DNA from: Candidatus Enterousia sp.
GTDB taxonomy: Bacteria > Pseudomonadota > Alphaproteobacteria > Rs-D84
Reading direction: 5' to 3'
Assembly (NCBI GenBank): GCA_045613785.1
Contig: JAZLBQ010000007.1
Span: 1-64,000 of the forward strand
Length of the DNA stretch: 64,000 nt
This document shows positions 39,376-48,501 of this stretch, one piece after another. The stretch's first letter is position 1. Every line of letters starts with the position of its first letter. Below the pieces are notes generated by a model that worked only from the letters and a program-made list of their open reading frames with translations, was not told where the DNA came from and ran no database searches. The position numbers and the translations under genes are program-made.

Positions 39376-39558
39376 TTATTGAACGTCTGGTGCGATTGCT
39401 CCCATTGGACAAACTGCCGCACATGTTCCACAACTGATACATTTGCTGGTGTCGATAACATATTTACCTTCTGCCCCCTGTGAAATTGCGGCAACAGGAC
39501 ACATACCTGCACACGTTCCACAACCAATACATTTACTTGGGTCAATTTTATAAGCCAT
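39376..39558 (-). CDS. 2[4Fe-4S] ferredoxin
   Basis: Two CxxCxxCxxxCP motifs. Confidence 0.95.
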   Translation of the reverse strand: MAYKIDPSKCIGCGTCAGMCPVAAISQGAEGKYVIDTSKCISCGTCAAVCPMGAIAPDVQ

Positions 39559-39592
39559 CTTTTTACTCCTATATATTTTTATGGTTTATTTC

Positions 39593-40300
39593 TTATTCAC
39601 GATTAAACAGACTCAACAAATATTGGAACATTGCGATAAAAGATATATACAAATGCAACGCCCCCAAAACAGCCATCTGATTCTTTTGCATATCATCGCC
39701 AATTACCGCATATGCACGTTTCAGATTTTGCATATCGTATGCGGTAAACAGTGCAAAAATCAAGACACCGATAAAGCATACAATTGTTCCAAATGTTCCG
39801 CCCAACATTGCTGGCCAGATAAAGGATAACAAACCAACCAAAATCAAGCCAATCATACCCATTGTCAAAAACACGCCCATAAAAGACAAGTCTTTGATAG
39901 TTTTATATCCAAACATAGCCATACAGGCAAACATAACCGCCGCCAAGACAAACGCAGTTATAATTGAAACAGGATTTACTGATAACGCAACTGCAATCAA
40001 TGGTGTCATAGTTACACCAATAACAACAGCATACAATGCCAACAACAGTGCTGCTGTCGAAGGTTTCATACTAAAAACACGCACCTGAGCCCAGATTGAC
40101 ACCGCCAATCCGCCAAATAACAGCACATAATACAGTCCTGACATACCGCCTGTCTGAAAATTAAACAAATACTGCAAGCCACCACCCCAAATAGTCAGAT
40201 ATGCGGCAACTGCGGTCAATCCGACTGCACCGAACATCAGTGCAAAAATACGTTTCAAATACAGGTCAATTCCACTTGTAGTTTTTTTTGCTATTTGCAT
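39593..40300 (-). CDS. Bax inhibitor-1/YccA family membrane protein
   Basis: Multiple TM helices; TAYDMQ and ALHLYISF motifs. Confidence 0.88.
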   Translation of the reverse strand: MQIAKKTTSGIDLYLKRIFALMFGAVGLTAVAAYLTIWGGGLQYLFNFQTGGMSGLYYVLLFGGLAVSIWAQVRVFSMKPSTAALLLALYAVVIGVTMTPLIAVALSVNPVSIITAFVLAAVMFACMAMFGYKTIKDLSFMGVFLTMGMIGLILVGLLSFIWPAMLGGTFGTIVCFIGVLIFALFTAYDMQNLKRAYAVIGDDMQKNQMAVLGALHLYISFIAMFQYLLSLFNRE

Positions 40301-40377
40301 CTTTATATTTCTCCTTGTTATTTAACAAATATATAATACAATAGTATGGTATTTTCAAGATTAAAAAGGATTTTAAT

Positions 40378-40608
40378 ATGGGTGGATTAAAAAAATATGA
40401 ACAGGAACGTGCTCAAAAGATCAGAGAACGTGGACCTCGTGAAGATCTTTCTGAAAAACAGAAAAAATCAGCAGTTGCTAAACATTTAACTAAACAGTTA
40501 GAAGCAGCGATAAAAAAATTAGAAGCAACCAAAGATCCAAAAAAAGAAGAGAAGTTAAATACTATTATTGCTGATATTCAAAAGACATTATCAACATTAC
40601 AACATTAA
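40378..40608 (+). CDS. Small basic hypothetical protein
   Basis: 76 aa; AAGGA RBS. Confidence 0.65.
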   Translation: MGGLKKYEQERAQKIRERGPREDLSEKQKKSAVAKHLTKQLEAAIKKLEATKDPKKEEKLNTIIADIQKTLSTLQH

Positions 40609-40623
40609 ACTAAGGATATTATT

Positions 40624-40881
40624 ATGGCATCAACAGCAGCAAGATTTGCCATGCGTTCACGCGGCATAATCAAGGAATTAAAACAAGAAGACGAATGCAG
40701 GGTCAGCCACAATAATCGCAACGGTGTTATTTGTGCAATAAATACTCGGCACGCACAATATACACGTGAAATTGAAATGTTGCGTTCTTTGCCAAACCCA
40801 ACGCCTGCCCAGACAAAACGTTTGGCAACATTGGAACGCATTGTTCAAGATATGAGTAGCACAATTCAACGCACACGATAA
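40624..40881 (+). CDS. Small hypothetical protein ending QRTR
   Basis: 85 aa; AAGGA RBS. Confidence 0.65.
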   Translation: MASTAARFAMRSRGIIKELKQEDECRVSHNNRNGVICAINTRHAQYTREIEMLRSLPNPTPAQTKRLATLERIVQDMSSTIQRTR

Positions 40882-40905
40882 AAAAACATTTGGGCAGGGG
40901 GATTT

Positions 40906-41703
40906 ATGTCGATAACGATTAGCCCAATCTCGCCGGTTGCATTTTCTGTGCTGGGGTTGGATATTCGCTGGTATGCGCTGGCATATATAGCGGCATTTGT
41001 TGTTGGGTATTGGCTGGTGAAGCGTCTGACATCGAAATCCACCAGCGTAATCCACCTGACCAAGAAAGAACTGGACGACCTGTTGACTGCGATAATAATT
41101 GGCGTTATTGCTGGCGGTCGTTTAGGATATGTTCTGTTTTACGATTTTGGATATTTTATTACACATCCACTTCAGATTTTTGCTGTATGGCACGGCGGAA
41201 TGAGCTTTCATGGTGGGCTTATTGGTGTTATTTTGTCAGTTTTGTTATTTGCACGGAAAAATCACAAGAACGCAATGTTTATTCTTGATGTATTAGCTGT
41301 TGCAGCACCTATTGGCTTATTTTTTGGTCGCATTGCAAATTTTATAAATCAAGAGGTTATGGGGCGTCCAACCGACGTTCCTTGGGCGGTTGTTTTTGAT
41401 GGTGGGGTTCCAATTCCACGCCACCCCAGCCCACTATACGAAGCAGCAACCGAAGGCATTTTGTTATTTGTTATAATGTATAGTCTATATCGCTGGACAA
41501 ATTTACGTCGTTATCCTGGTGCGTTAGGCGGGATAATGGGTATGGGGTATGCGGTTTTTCGTATGTTTTGTGAACTATACCGTGCACCTGATGCACACAT
41601 TGGATTTCTGACGACATGGGGGCTAACAATGGGGCAGTTGTTGTCATTTATAATGTTTTTTGCAGGATTTATAATTTTTATGTTTGCAATTCGCAAAAAA
41701 TAA
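40906..41703 (+). CDS. lgt: Prolipoprotein diacylglyceryl transferase
   Basis: IRWYAL, GGRLGYV, GGMSFHGG, GRIANFIN, RHPSPLYE. Confidence 0.96.
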   Translation: MSITISPISPVAFSVLGLDIRWYALAYIAAFVVGYWLVKRLTSKSTSVIHLTKKELDDLLTAIIIGVIAGGRLGYVLFYDFGYFITHPLQIFAVWHGGMSFHGGLIGVILSVLLFARKNHKNAMFILDVLAVAAPIGLFFGRIANFINQEVMGRPTDVPWAVVFDGGVPIPRHPSPLYEAATEGILLFVIMYSLYRWTNLRRYPGALGGIMGMGYAVFRMFCELYRAPDAHIGFLTTWGLTMGQLLSFIMFFAGFIIFMFAIRKK

Positions 41704-41755
41704 TGTAGAATAGTCGCCGTTGACCAGAAAAAAATCGGTTAGCGAAAAAGGTTTA

Positions 41756-41845
41756 GGATGGTTGGCAGAGCGGTCGAATGCGGCGGTCTTGAAAACCGTT
41801 GTGGGGGCAACTCCACCGGGGGTTCGAATCCCTCACCATCCGCCA
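41756..41845 (+). tRNA. tRNA-Ser(TGA)
   Basis: 90-nt cloverleaf with a long variable arm, anticodon TGA, CCA end. Confidence 0.96.
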
Positions 41846-41848
41846 GAA

Positions 41849-42862
41849 ATAAAAAATGTCCCTTGTGGGCATTTTTTTATTTCGGTGTCGGTGGTCGGAT
41901 GAGAACCCCGGGTTCGACAACAAGTAGATTTTGCAAATAAATTTGTATAAAGTATTTGACAAAAATACTTTGTGTGTTGTATGTTGTGGCGAGGTATAAA
42001 ATGAAAGTAGAACACAAGCACATATTGATTAATTCAAATAACATCAGAGAATATCGCAAACAGGGGGCTCTGGTTGGTGGCTCGCATACAAGCGGCTGGG
42101 ATTTCTTTAATAATAAAAAAGTTGCTGACAGCACTGTAACTGTGTATAACTACAGTTTTGAGCCAGAATTATGTATTCATTCTTCTGACAAAGTATATCA
42201 AGCGGCAAAAAAAATAAATTCCGAGCAAGAAAACATTGCTGTTCACGAGATTAAACATGCTAAAAATGCAGACCAAGGACTTCCTTTTCATCTGGCAAGC
42301 GGGGTGTGTTGGACGCATGTAGCATTATACTGTCTTGACGAGTTGTCTGCACGCATTGACGAGGCCTTATATTCAATCAACAACACAAAATTAAAGTCTG
42401 TCTATTCGCAGTTCCTAGATTGTCTTGGTGTTTCACAGCTTGAGCGTGCAGTTAGTATCGCATTAAAGAGATTTGCACCATTGTTCCAAGATTATTGCAT
42501 GAAAGGTGTGTCTAGCTTTGAAAATTCGGTTCAGATGGCAAATTTCTCTGAAAAAGATTTGCAAGCATTTTTACAAAGCCAGCAACGACTATATTCTTGT
42601 TCGTTTAAAATGTCGCGTCCTGTTTTATACTCTATCAGTTTCCATGAAGCTGTGGGGAATTATTTTAGGTTTGATTCGATTCCAGAAAAGAACGTATTTA
42701 GCAGACAGGCAGCACATGAACTACGCAGTTTTTGGACAAAGTGCGAGCCAGAAATTATGCGTCATTCCAAAGACTGTATTAGTCGGATGTTGCAAAAAAC
42801 ACGATAAAAGTTTTTGTACTTTTTATGATAAAAAATGTCCATTGTGGGCATTTTTTTTATTT
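41849..42862. repeat. Duplicated terminator flanking one gene
   Basis: ATAAAAAATGTCC(C/A)TTGTGGGCATTTTTTT at 41849-41882 and 42828-42862. Confidence 0.85.
42001..42807 (+). CDS. Hypothetical protein with an HExxH motif, ends QKTR
   Basis: AVHEIKHA...DELSA; GAGG RBS; TTGACA promoter at 41956. Confidence 0.7.
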   Translation: MKVEHKHILINSNNIREYRKQGALVGGSHTSGWDFFNNKKVADSTVTVYNYSFEPELCIHSSDKVYQAAKKINSEQENIAVHEIKHAKNADQGLPFHLASGVCWTHVALYCLDELSARIDEALYSINNTKLKSVYSQFLDCLGVSQLERAVSIALKRFAPLFQDYCMKGVSSFENSVQMANFSEKDLQAFLQSQQRLYSCSFKMSRPVLYSISFHEAVGNYFRFDSIPEKNVFSRQAAHELRSFWTKCEPEIMRHSKDCISRMLQKTR

Positions 42863-42919
42863 TGCTGGTTGAATTTGAAATCTTTGCACCTACATTATTA
42901 AAAGAACAAGGAGTCCGCA

Positions 42920-43159
42920 ATGGTTTTAATAAGAGATATGTTAGAAATCGGCAAGGAAAGAACAAAAATTCATGAACCCGTCAAGGCAACTTATACCATT
43001 TTTCACGATTGTTCTGGAACAGTCTTTCAAATAGACACATATGGTTCAGCAGACAGGGAATGCACAGGCAAGGTCAGTCAAACCATACAATTCGACAAAA
43101 AGTCCGCTATTATGCTTATCGAGAAATTAAAAAAGACCTTTAACCTGGATCAAGACTAA
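42920..43159 (+). CDS. Small conserved hypothetical protein (FQIDTYGS...KVSQTIQF)
   Basis: 79 aa; AAGGAG RBS; coupled to the next gene. Confidence 0.75.
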   Translation: MVLIRDMLEIGKERTKIHEPVKATYTIFHDCSGTVFQIDTYGSADRECTGKVSQTIQFDKKSAIMLIEKLKKTFNLDQD

Positions 43160-43164
43160 AAACA

Positions 43165-43692
43165 ATGAAATTATCAAAAAGCGATTTTTATAATTGGGCA
43201 TATTCTGATTTGCTGGTAAACGTAAATCGTGGTCGCTTTGCAGAATATATTGTTGCAACCGCACTAGGGATTGCTGACACTGAACGCCAGGAATGGGAGG
43301 CATACGATTTGCAATTTCAAGATATTCGCATAGAAGTAAAAAGTTCAGCATATATCCAGGGCTGGAATCAGCATGGAAAAATATCCAAGTTAGTTTTTGG
43401 TATTCGGCCAACGTTTGCATATGATGACAATATCGCAAGGCGTCAGGACGCATCAATGCGTCAATCTGACGTTTATGTATTTTGTGTGTTAAAGCATACT
43501 GACCACAAAACAATTGCTCCCGAAGATATGACCCAGTGGGAATTTTATATTGTTCCAACCCGTCTGCTGAATGAAAAATGTCCAACGCAAAAGACAATAA
43601 CATTATCAGCACTAAAGCGTCTGTTCAATGTTTCACCTGTTGCATACCAAGATATTAAAAGCGAGATTGTAAAGTCTATGAAGCCTGCATAA
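43165..43692 (+). CDS. Putative PD-(D/E)XK restriction-endonuclease-like protein
   Basis: RGRFAEYIV...YDL...IEVKSS pattern. Confidence 0.65.
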   Translation: MKLSKSDFYNWAYSDLLVNVNRGRFAEYIVATALGIADTERQEWEAYDLQFQDIRIEVKSSAYIQGWNQHGKISKLVFGIRPTFAYDDNIARRQDASMRQSDVYVFCVLKHTDHKTIAPEDMTQWEFYIVPTRLLNEKCPTQKTITLSALKRLFNVSPVAYQDIKSEIVKSMKPA

Positions 43693-43772
43693 AACCGGGC
43701 TTTTTTAATATGACCAAAATTGTCCGTTGTGTTTTATATACTGTATTGTGAAATAACAAAACAGGATAAAAA

Positions 43773-44030
43773 ATGACAACACAGAAATTAAACAAGATTA
43801 CAAAAAAACTACATAACCTGGTTGCATCTGGATTTAGATTTTATAAAAACAAGCATTCCGGTGTATTGTTATCATACCTGGACAACATCTTGTCAAATGG
43901 GGCAGGGGCAACCTTTGCAGTTCGCACAAAGCAGTTATGTCTGAACTTCGAAGAATTTTGCACAGACCCAGAAACAGGCGAATATTATTTGAATCTAGAT
44001 TCTGAAAATTTGTCATTGATAGGGAAATAA
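43773..44030 (+). CDS. Hypothetical protein
   Basis: 85 aa; AGGA RBS. Confidence 0.6.
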   Translation: MTTQKLNKITKKLHNLVASGFRFYKNKHSGVLLSYLDNILSNGAGATFAVRTKQLCLNFEEFCTDPETGEYYLNLDSENLSLIGK

Positions 44031-44149
44031 AAATCTGGACAATTATAACTGTTTTGATATACTAGTAAACGTGCAAAGACATGGTGTTTTTGTGCTGCGG
44101 ATTTAATCCTAACTTGTCCTGCATTAACGGACTAAACAAGGGGTATTTT

Positions 44150-44623
44150 ATGTTAAAAGTTACGGTCAGGCCACCGACCACTGATACAGGGGCAATTCAA
44201 TGTTTGTTTGATAATCTGGAATTTTTAATCGCACGTCGTTCAGATGTTTTATCTGTTCCAGAATATTATAATGTTTTAATTCCAGGCTGTTATATTGCAG
44301 GGCTGTATATTGGCACGCAACAACTTTGTCTGGGTGATTTGCTATCATTATGGCAAGACGTTCCTTGGCATAGTGGCACCAGATATTATTTCAGCATAAT
44401 TGGTTCACCGCTAAGTGGCAGTAATCAGGCACGATATTGGGACGCTGCGACGCAGACAATCAATAACACCTATTATCAAGAGGCTTCACGTGGTTTTGCT
44501 GGGTTGTGGGTTCCGGCAAATAAACATATTCAGGAAAACACCGCACCAAAGGGTCTGCGAACACGCCCGTCTGGTATTGATATCAAAACCTTGCTAGACA
44601 AGTTAAAACAGTATTCCAGATAA
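44150..44623 (+). CDS. Hypothetical protein
   Basis: ORF with a GGGG RBS; IIGSPLSGSN motif; ends QYSR. Confidence 0.65.
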   Translation: MLKVTVRPPTTDTGAIQCLFDNLEFLIARRSDVLSVPEYYNVLIPGCYIAGLYIGTQQLCLGDLLSLWQDVPWHSGTRYYFSIIGSPLSGSNQARYWDAATQTINNTYYQEASRGFAGLWVPANKHIQENTAPKGLRTRPSGIDIKTLLDKLKQYSR

Positions 44624-44628
44624 CTATT

Positions 44629-44868
44629 CTAGGCTTCTTCGGCCGTTGTGCACATTTTTGCAAAATCAACAATAGAAGTTTCTGTTGCTTTTATAATTTT
44701 TGCGATTGTGCTGCACGATGGCCAACGTGGTGTTCCGTCTGGGGAAAACTGTTTACTTTTATTAAAAGTGGTCGCATCCAGTCCACTAAACTTTGCTAGT
44801 CCTGAACAGGTCATTCCTTGTTTCTTTGCTAATTTATCAATTGCATTCCATAACGCTTTGTGGGTCAT
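44629..44868 (-). CDS. Stand-alone HTH regulator resembling the N-domain of alphaproteobacterial HTH-S24 repressors
   Basis: LWNAIDKLA...SGLAKFSGLDATTFNKSK...RWPS. Confidence 0.75.
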   Translation of the reverse strand: MTHKALWNAIDKLAKKQGMTCSGLAKFSGLDATTFNKSKQFSPDGTPRWPSCSTIAKIIKATETSIVDFAKMCTTAEEA

Positions 44869-45016
44869 AACCGTTCCCTCCCTTTTTTAGTGTCGTGTTG
44901 TGGACAAGATTAAAAGAAAACCGGGATGAATTATTCCTAAAAAGTTATCAAAATGCAAGACAAAAAAGTGTTGGTTTATCAAGAAACAACCTGTGGTTGA
45001 AGTTGCTTAAAGGATT

Positions 45017-45895
45017 TTAAGCAATATCGGAAATGTTTTGGTTTGGGTTGTCCAGCACTAAATCCGCCTGAAATTGAGTTCTAAACCAGGTTCTTTGTCG
45101 TTTTGCATACTGGTTTGTTTTTACAATCCAGTTTTCAATACACTGATTTTCATCAATTTCACCACGTATAAATCTGCACAGTTGTGATGCTCCGATTGCA
45201 CGGCTTTCATCCCAGCCTGAAACAATGACGGCCTGTGCTTCGTTCATTGCACCACCGGATAACATTTGTGGGATTCTTGCGGCAATTCGTTCACGTAGTA
45301 TTTCGGTAGGTGGACAGATTAGGATTTTTTTTGCATTTGGGATAACTGCACCACTTCGTGGAGCGTTTTGAAATTCGATTAAATGTTTGCCTGTTTCTAA
45401 AAAGACCTCCAATGCACGTGCAACACGCTGTGGATCTGTTGCTTTAAATTCGTCAGGCAGCATTTTGCGTGCAGTATCGATATCATCTGCAACCATTTTT
45501 CGTGCCTGGTTGCGATTATGCTGTGATATATCTGGCATTGGTGAAATACCGTTTATCAGTGCGTTTATGTAATATCCTGTTCCGCCGACGAAAATAGGTG
45601 TTTTTCCATTTTGTATTGCCCAGTCGTATTCACGTCTGGCCAGATTCAGATAGTCAGCCACTGAAATCTGTTCGGTCAGTGGCAATATAGAAAACAGCCT
45701 GTATGGAACGCCGTCGATTTCATCAGATATTGGACGGCCTGCAAATGGGCTGGCTGAAATATTTTCAATACCACGATAAATCTGAACACTGTCGCAGTTT
45801 ATGATTACCCCATCAATTTGTTGTGCCAAGCGATGGGCAAAATCTGATTTGCCAGATGCGGTTGGTCCAGTAATGATAAAAGCACCTTGTTTCAT
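45017..45895 (-). CDS. miaA: tRNA dimethylallyltransferase
   Basis: GPTASGKS, DSVQIY, VGGTGYY, YAKRQRTWF. Confidence 0.95.
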   Translation of the reverse strand: MKQGAFIITGPTASGKSDFAHRLAQQIDGVIINCDSVQIYRGIENISASPFAGRPISDEIDGVPYRLFSILPLTEQISVADYLNLARREYDWAIQNGKTPIFVGGTGYYINALINGISPMPDISQHNRNQARKMVADDIDTARKMLPDEFKATDPQRVARALEVFLETGKHLIEFQNAPRSGAVIPNAKKILICPPTEILRERIAARIPQMLSGGAMNEAQAVIVSGWDESRAIGASQLCRFIRGEIDENQCIENWIVKTNQYAKRQRTWFRTQFQADLVLDNPNQNISDIA

Positions 45896-46004
45896 ATCGT
45901 GTTGATTATAGTAAACATATCCCAAAAGTAAATAAAATATTGTATTTTTGTAGAATCTGGTGCTAGTATTCACAGTGTCCAATAAAAACGAAAGGAAATA
46001 TATT

Positions 46005-47006
46005 ATGTCAAAATTGAGAGTTGCAATAAACGGTTTTGGTCGCATTGGTCGTTTAGTATTGCGTGCGGCATTGGAATCAGGTCGGGACGATATTGAATTT
46101 GTTGCTGTAAATGATTTAGCACCTGCGGAACAAAACGCTTACTTATTAAAGTATGATTCTGTCCACGGTAATTTGCCAATGGATGTAAAGCTGGACGGTG
46201 ATTACATCGTTGTTGGTAATCAAAGAATTAAATGTTTGGCTGAACGCAATCCTGCTGATTTGCCATGGGGTGAAATGGACATTGATATTGTTATGGAATG
46301 CACAGGCATTTTCACCGCTGCTGACAAGGCACGTGTTCATCTGGAAGCCGGGGCTAAGCGAGTATTGGTTTCTGCACCATCTGCCGGTGCTGACAAGACA
46401 ATTGTTTTTGGTGTAAACCAAGACACTTTGACATCTGATGATTTGATTGTTTCAAATGCATCTTGCACAACGAACTGCCTGGCACCGGTTGTTCAGGTTT
46501 TAAATGACAAGTTTGGTATTGTTTCAGGCTGGATGACAACTGTTCATGCATACACTGGCGACCAACAGTTGTTGGATAAAAATCACAAAGACTTCCGTCG
46601 TGCCCGTGCTGCGAACCTGTCTATGATTCCGACCAGCACCGGTGCTGCCAAGGCGATTGGTCTGGTTTTGCCTGAATTGGCTGGTAAATTAGACGGTATG
46701 GCAATACGTGTTCCAACACCAGATGTTTCTGTGGTTGAATTAGTTGTGAATTTGGAACGCAATGCCACTGTCGAAGAAATCAACAAGGCGATGTGCGATG
46801 CCCAATCTAAAACATTTGGCTATAATGATTTGCCATTGGTATCGATTGATTTTACACACGATGCACACAGTTCAATCTTTGATGCTGCCCAGACCAAGGT
46901 ATTGGGGGATAAATTGGCACATGTAACTGCCTGGTATGACAACGAATGGGGTTTTTCAAATCGTATGTGCGATACCGCAGTTGCAATGGGTCGTTTGATT
47001 AAATAA
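46005..47006 (+). CDS. gap: Glyceraldehyde-3-phosphate dehydrogenase
   Basis: INGFGRIGR, SNASCTTNCL, WYDNEWG. Confidence 0.97.
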   Translation: MSKLRVAINGFGRIGRLVLRAALESGRDDIEFVAVNDLAPAEQNAYLLKYDSVHGNLPMDVKLDGDYIVVGNQRIKCLAERNPADLPWGEMDIDIVMECTGIFTAADKARVHLEAGAKRVLVSAPSAGADKTIVFGVNQDTLTSDDLIVSNASCTTNCLAPVVQVLNDKFGIVSGWMTTVHAYTGDQQLLDKNHKDFRRARAANLSMIPTSTGAAKAIGLVLPELAGKLDGMAIRVPTPDVSVVELVVNLERNATVEEINKAMCDAQSKTFGYNDLPLVSIDFTHDAHSSIFDAAQTKVLGDKLAHVTAWYDNEWGFSNRMCDTAVAMGRLIK

Positions 47007-47047
47007 AAAATCAGATAAAAAAATTCCCCCAAACGGGGGATTTTTTT

Positions 47048-48163
47048 TTAACGCATTTTTTGTTGATTCTGTGCAAATAACAACTGTGGTTGCGTTGTCA
47101 TTGTTGGTTGTTTTGCAAAATTTGGCGAGTCTAACCAAATATTGCGAGTGTCCTTATCCTTGTTAAAATATTTTGCGATTGCCATATTTACCAGCATTTC
47201 ACGTGGATACATACCATAAGGCATAGGTTCACCCAAATATTTTATCAGTTGTTTACTGCTCATTGATTTTATGCGTTCTAATTCTTTTGCATATTCCGTT
47301 CGTGCAATTCTTTTAATATCTGCCGCAAATACATTTGACATATCGTAAGAGCTGAACAGATCTCCAATTTTTTCACGGTTATGTCCAGCATAGATATGAC
47401 GTCCGTTTTTATTTGGAATGAACTTACCGTTTTCGATGCTGCCCCGTCCCAGGTATAAAATTGCATGAAATGTGTTACGGCTGCCATGGTATCTTGGAAC
47501 AATCAAAATAGTTCCAGGATTCAAATTGTCCGCATTAAAATTCTTGCCTTCGAAACGTTTTGTTATCTGTTTTTTTACAGAATCAGGTGTATTTGCCGCA
47601 ACTTTGTTTCTGGCCAAGAATTTATCTTTTGCAGCCTGAAAAGCTGAATCAGATTGATATACAGTGCCTTCGTAAATGCAATCAGCATATTCGTTATTAG
47701 CGTATTTGCTACGCATTTTTTCTTTGAACTGAGAACATGCTGTTCTTGCTCCTTCTGGGATAATGTCCAAAGTGTCGCCTGTTTCCGCCAGTGCACGTGA
47801 CAACTGTGTATATTGCCCCCAAACACAGTGATATCCCACTGGTGCACCAGGCAACTCACGACGCACAGCAGCACTGTATCCACGTTTACCCAACAGTGGG
47901 TTTAACTTAGCCTGCGAACGCAACATATTTTTTACATAAATGTCGCTCAGGTTTTCTGCTTTGTCGTCCAAGCAAGAATCAGTATCGGTCTTTTGAAAAT
48001 TATACATTTTAGACAGTGTGACAGAATTTGCCAATTCTAGCTGGTAATAACTTAGCTTTTCTTCATCATCTGAATTTCTGTCGGGTAAAGTGTTTGCGTT
48101 TGCAGAAAAAGTGCCTGATAATGTTCCGGCCAGCAAATACGGAACAATACTTTTAAATTTCAT
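47048..48163 (-). CDS. Hypothetical exported protein ending QKMR
   Basis: Signal-like N-terminus; HCVWGQ and FHAILY could be papain-like Cys/His (weak). Confidence 0.7.
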   Translation of the reverse strand: MKFKSIVPYLLAGTLSGTFSANANTLPDRNSDDEEKLSYYQLELANSVTLSKMYNFQKTDTDSCLDDKAENLSDIYVKNMLRSQAKLNPLLGKRGYSAAVRRELPGAPVGYHCVWGQYTQLSRALAETGDTLDIIPEGARTACSQFKEKMRSKYANNEYADCIYEGTVYQSDSAFQAAKDKFLARNKVAANTPDSVKKQITKRFEGKNFNADNLNPGTILIVPRYHGSRNTFHAILYLGRGSIENGKFIPNKNGRHIYAGHNREKIGDLFSSYDMSNVFAADIKRIARTEYAKELERIKSMSSKQLIKYLGEPMPYGMYPREMLVNMAIAKYFNKDKDTRNIWLDSPNFAKQPTMTTQPQLLFAQNQQKMR

Positions 48164-48257
48164 TTTTTTTCCTCTTTGCAATCAATTAAACGGCCACACA
48201 ACAGCAGAAATAAAATTTCTGTATGATATGGATTCTTTATTTTTGTTTTTGTTTTGA

Positions 48258-48374
48258 TTGGTTCACCGCAATAAAAATCAATTTGCGATGTACATTCAGA
48301 CGTTTAAAAGAACAAACGCCCCGACTTGCTGTAATTACCGTTACCCGCAGCCCGCCCCGTTTCCAGGGAACCAA
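48258..48374 (-). ncRNA. Candidate structured leader or ncRNA, family unassigned
   Basis: TTGGTTC/GAACCAA closing stem enclosing four hairpins, directly after a TTGACA-18-TATATT promoter. Confidence 0.4.
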
Positions 48375-48501
48375 AGTTTGTATATACAATATATAACAAA
48401 AACCTGTGTTTTGTCAAGGGGTGGGCTAAAAAATATTTGATTATTTGTGTAAATTTTTTTGTGTTGTTATTTTTTTTCAAATGTTTTAAATTTTGATTAC
48501 T

